Source of the DNA: Oikopleura dioica | Lineage: Eukaryota > Animalia > Chordata | NCBI GenBank assembly: GCA_907165135.1 | Contig: OU015566.1 | Location: 7,998,001-8,062,000 of the forward strand | Direction: 5' to 3' | Length of the DNA stretch: 64,000 bases | Shown here: in pieces, positions 59,901 through 64,000 of the stretch | How positions within the stretch are numbered: position 1 is the stretch's first letter | Layout: every line of letters begins with the position of its first letter | Made by a program: the position numbers and the translations under genes | Notes under the pieces: model-generated | The model's database searches: none | Told to the model about the DNA's origin: nothing | What the model saw: only the letters and a program-made list of their open reading frames with translations

Positions 59901-62900
59901 TGGAATCTTCAGATGGAATGCCTCTTCTACTCAATTTTTCTGATGAAAAACTACCAGTGGTGGAGACAACGAGGAAATTCTTCACGTCGCTTCTTCTTGC
60001 TTGGGAAAAACTCGATGAACTAAGAAATATAACACACAGTTTATTAAAAACATGCATTCTTCATCTTGCCGCGAGAATAAGTGATCAGGTAAGGTTTTGT
60101 TTCAAATTATCGGGGTTTCAATCAGGAGGGCGAGAAGATCTGGCTTCGAAATCATTTGAACAAATTCTTGAACATCTTCCGCGGGTTCTATATTTTCATC
60201 TTCTTGGCTAAAATTTTTCTCAAATCAATAGTATTTTTATGTTTTTACCAGTAATCAGCGGAATTAGAAACGAGAATAAGGTTGCTAGACATTGCCTCAA
60301 ACTGCTCCACCAATTGCTCGTCACTTGGTCTCGGGCCAAAGCATGATTTTGTTCCGTAATGAGAACTACAAAGAGGATCAGATCGGCCAGTTTGAAAAAG
60401 TTGCATTGTCGACTGTGTTTGCCAAATTTTTTTGATCATTGCATTAAGGAGTTCATCGTGGATTCCCTTATCGATATCTCTGTCCAAAAATCCGAAAATT
60501 CTCGCTTGGAAATTAGACTCATCCAAAATTTTAATAATGAGGTCGAAAATTTTAACGGTGCAGCTGGGTGAGTGGTCCAGGAGACCATTTATTGTTCTTT
60601 CAAAGGGTAAAATCGACTTTGACACTACATAAATTCCCATTGAAAATTTTATTGACAACTTTTATCGGTCATTTGTTCGTTTCCAATTCAAACCCGTTTC
60701 CTAAGAGCTCCAATTACCTCATCAACATTGGAGTATTTTTGAAAACTTCCAGTGTCATAAATCCCAACCCAAAATGTCGTATATTCCTGCACCTCCTCTC
60801 CATGAAAGAGCAGCCAGTTAATGATAGATTCATTGTCTTTGATCATCGATCTCGATGCTCCAGTGACGAGAACAAGGTCTTTTCGCGTTGACTGTTTGCA
60901 GCAATAACGGATAGTGATGTCTTCATCGGAATATCCGATAACCCCGAATCTGGGGATGCTAAAATAGTGAAAGGGTTCGTAAACTCTTCCAAGGACACGG
61001 AGCTCATGGCTTATCGGCTGACAAAATAGCAAATCGGGGGCTAATGTCATCACACTTTCGACCAGTTCTAAATCACCAACACCGCTTGGTCCATCGATCG
61101 TGATCCACTCCGATTGATAACCATCGCAAGGTACTCCCACATATCTTCGAGCACTTTCTGATGGTATTGTTGCGCTGGGACAACAAAATCGCACTTCAAA
61201 ATCTTTGCAAAATTCTCGTCCGAATTTAGCTTGAAAATGATTCCAGCAATAGAGGCCCTTGTCCAGTGTTTGAAAAAATGGTCAGAGCTCTTGTGAGTGT
61301 GCGAGCGCGAGCAGACAATCATAAATTTTTTCGTAAGTGAGCGAGCTTGAGCGCAGACCCGAAATATTTTTGTTGAGTGAGCGAGCACGAGCGCTCGCTC
61401 GCTCGCTTGCGCTCACTCGCAGCTTTTCGGGGGCCTTTCTAGCGAGTATTTCCTTGAAAATTCTAATAATTATAATTTTTAACGCATAATTTTATATAAA
61501 AAGACAATTACGGGCATTCTAACGCGATTAAAAGAGAAATTTCTCAAATATCGTAATACTTTGTCTCCAGGGTGGATAAACTAGAAATGGCTGTTGGCGA
61601 GCGCGAGTGAGCGGGAGCGGCGGCACGGAATTTTATGGTGAGCGGGTGAGCATGAGCGCTCGCTCACTCGCTCGCGCTCGCTCGTGGCTCGCGCTCACCA
61701 TTTTCAAACTCTGCCCTTGTCAGCCGATATTTGAATAAAATTTCCACTATGAAGATAATGCTCGCCATAATCAACAGTTCTTGCGTCTATCGCGGTTGGA
61801 TTTGAACACATCCCCTCCCTATCTATGAACCTAGCCAAAGGCTCGTGATCACCTGAATTTTTTAAATAATGGAGACAACAAGGATTACGCACCTAGCCCG
61901 GAAGGATCGTCAGCATCCATCCAATCAGACCATTCCCCATCACATTTTGTCTCTTCGTTACCGACGAAATCTTTTGCAAACTCAGATAGGCTTCCCCCAG
62001 CTCTCATTCTCTGGTACAGATCCATAAAGTTCGCCAGATCTCCTTCTCCTGGCGGAATCTCATAGTCATCAGAAGTAGCGAACAATGCTTTTGTTGCAAA
62101 AAGGGAAAATATTCTCATCTGACTTTTCTTTTTAGACGAAACTGGTGGTGGAGTTCGCCGAAATGGTGCTAGAAGCTCAAATCCGCGTGTTACAGACGAA
62201 TGAGCAGGATCTGGTTGAGTTAGCAGCTGAACTTACAAATTTTATCTGCGCCGCGGCGCTAAATGGTGCGCCAGCTATGCTCGTCAAATTGCGACCCTGT
62301 CTTTCGCGGCTGTTGATCGTTTGGAATTCCAAGTACGAAACTTCTCGCAACACCGTCGAGCCGGAAGGGAACATTTGCCTCAACGACACATGTCGACTTG
62401 TAGCGATTCTGCTTGGATCATCGATAAATCATCAGCTAGTCAATCCTGGCCGACCGAAAACGACGCTAGAAGACTTCAACTCGCTTGGAAACTTGACTGA
62501 GTACGCAGAGTCGGTAAATCTATCAGACATTTCCGCGAAATTACTCGACGTCGATACGCCTGGAAGTCAAATTATAGTCTGTCAAATCGACCCGGACTTA
62601 CACAATCTCGCATTTGGAGAAAAAATGTTTGCAGAAGCTGAAAATCAATGGAAGAAGCTCTTCCGAGATGCAAATCATCGAGATTGGCCTGCAAGAGATC
62701 CAGAAGAAGGTGGTGAAAGAATGAAGCGATTCACTCGTATTCTTCTGGCAGCGTTTCTAAATCATAATCGCAACGAGACTTCTGCTGCTATTTATCGACA
62801 AGTGTTCTTAATCCGCGAGCAAGTGTTAGAAGTCCTCCGTCAGCACAAGAGCCCGACTAATTCTGATGACGATGTTCCGGAGCTGGAAGGCGAGGAGCAA

Positions 62901-64000
62901 GAAAATGCATCGACAACTTCCCTGAGACCAGTCCCACTTCAGCCAGCAATCGCTGGGGAGCGTATAGTCGCACCACCGTCTGAATCGCAACTGGGAACCC
63001 CATGGGGACCCTTTGACCCGCCGTTTACGAACATGCTTCTTCCCGGCGGTACAGTTCCACCACCAGAGCACAACGACGCGCAGCAGCCTCCGCTTTATCC
63101 TATTTTTAACCAGAACATTCGTAACCGTCGTCCATCATCAACAGAAGATTCACAGCCGAAAAGAGCGCGCACACAACACGACGAGGCTTCATTTTATACT
63201 CCTATTTTGAAAAAAGCACTTTATTTATTACTCTGTATCAACTCGAACCAAGAACCACGACAGTGCAGCGACAGTTTATCCGATCGGCGGAGCTCAATTA
63301 ATCTCGAAACTATAACAATGCGCGATTCATTAAAACACTCCTCATCTGATCTTAGCATCAGGCCTGGTCAGCTGGAGAGAAGGGCCTCATTCGACAGCGC
63401 AGTGAGATTTTCAAGATCCGAGTCACTCCTGGGCGATCATCTTTTTCTGCGTGAGAAGCCGCTGCAATCCGCAGTCAACATTGGAGAGCACATCCGTCGC
63501 GAAAAGGAGAAACAGGCCCAGAGCTCGCAAACGTCGAACAATCAAACGAGCAAAATGGAGACCCTGGCCTTCAAGCAAATCATCGAATTCATGAACGAGT
63601 CCTCGCTTGATCCAGAGAGCATGTTAAAGGTTATTCAATGGGAGGAGAACACAGCCAAATCACGAGTTGAAGCGCTGCAAGAGCTGCATCAATACATGGA
63701 GAATGGCTTCCTCAATAAACTCTGTGAAACAGCGCATCGTGCATTCCTAGTCTCAGTATTCGGGCTGCTACAGAATCCGCTGGCGAGAAATCCACTCGAC
63801 CATAGACTTCATCATTATCTTCAAGACGTAGCGCACGCACGACCCGCTTTGAAGTCGCAAATAACCCGCGTGTGGAAAGAGCTCACTGGAAAACTTTTAC
63901 AGCAAATGTCGTTAAGTTCGGACCGTCAAACTTCCGCTTCGGATGTTTATACCCTTTGTGGTCTCACACTCAAGTGGTTGAGCACTGATCTTACTCTTTT
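56981..64000 (+). CDS. HERC1: HERC1-like giant E3 ubiquitin ligase, 5' part (RCC1-like domain; large intron 60089-62135; runs off the right edge)
   Basis: N-terminus MDRRLRAEWLERLDQDW...RDDVVKLFERLQKNKEV...LPDLE...LSKRLVV...AGLQLVFSLL parallels HERC1 (KWLEHLNSSW, NKEV, LPDFE, LRKRLLV, TGLSLLFALL). RCC1 repeats GKGSYGRLG, SWGDGDYGKLGHG, WGEGDYGRLG. The frame is open from 62136 to the window end. Confidence 0.93.
60245..62118 (-). CDS. Secreted protein with two CysD/WxxW (mucin/CILP-type) domains and a degenerate vWA-like C-terminus, nested antisense in the HERC1 intron and interrupted by a MITE
   Basis: Signal-like MRIFSLFATKALFA; EWSDWMDADDPSGLG|GDHE...MCSNPTAIDART...DK|GLYCWNHFQ...CKDFEVRFCC; second copy SEWITIDGPSGVGDLE...IRYCC; then DLVLVTGASRSM. 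Confidence 0.78.
61264..61713. mobile_element. 450-bp hAT-type MITE with 8-bp TSD inside a coding exon
   Basis: TSD CCCTTGTC at 61256-61263 and 61714-61721. TIRs CAGTGTTTGAAAAAATGGT / ACCATTTTCAAACTCTG. The interior has GAGCGAGC/GCTCGCTC-rich hairpins. Confidence 0.88.

Noticed and set aside
1-64000. Prokaryotic systems (CRISPR, defence islands, prophage) suggested by the bacterial-style ORF track
   Set aside because: Spliceosomal introns and animal genes throughout show the DNA is eukaryotic; no such arrays or genes were seen.

Overview
Gene-dense eukaryotic (animal) DNA with many 30-100 nt introns, several forced non-GT (GA/GG) splice donors, operon-like gene spacing with AG acceptors just before ATGs, and TTAGGG-type repeats. 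These traits best fit an appendicularian tunicate such as Oikopleura (inference). The ORF track shows only exon fragments, so gene models were spliced by hand. Left to right: a KIRREL/nephrin-like Ig gene (-, runs off the left edge); a ~9 kb gene-free stretch with palindromic MITE-like elements; HENMT1 (-) with an odd Cys/His/Tyr last exon and possible alternative 3' exons; two tandem secreted 8-Cys EGF-like genes; several non-autonomous DNA transposons; an atypical phosphagen (creatine-type) kinase; an SLC43 transporter; a B4GALNT-like glycosyltransferase; an FkbM-type methyltransferase; a Pro/His/Gln-rich orphan; ACADVL; an operon-like run IDI1-GTF2B-RIOK3-EXOSC7-NHL; and HERC1 (runs off the right edge). 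Two large introns carry antisense nested genes: three coiled-coil paralogues, one with a RING finger, inside RIOK3, and a secreted CysD/WxxW protein inside HERC1. The most striking observation is a 450-bp hAT-type MITE inside a coding exon of that nested gene. Its 8-bp target-site duplication would allow exact removal as a GG-AG intron, i.e. a candidate transposon-born intron. No rRNA, tRNA or CRISPR features were recognised. All family assignments come from remembered motifs; no database searches were run.
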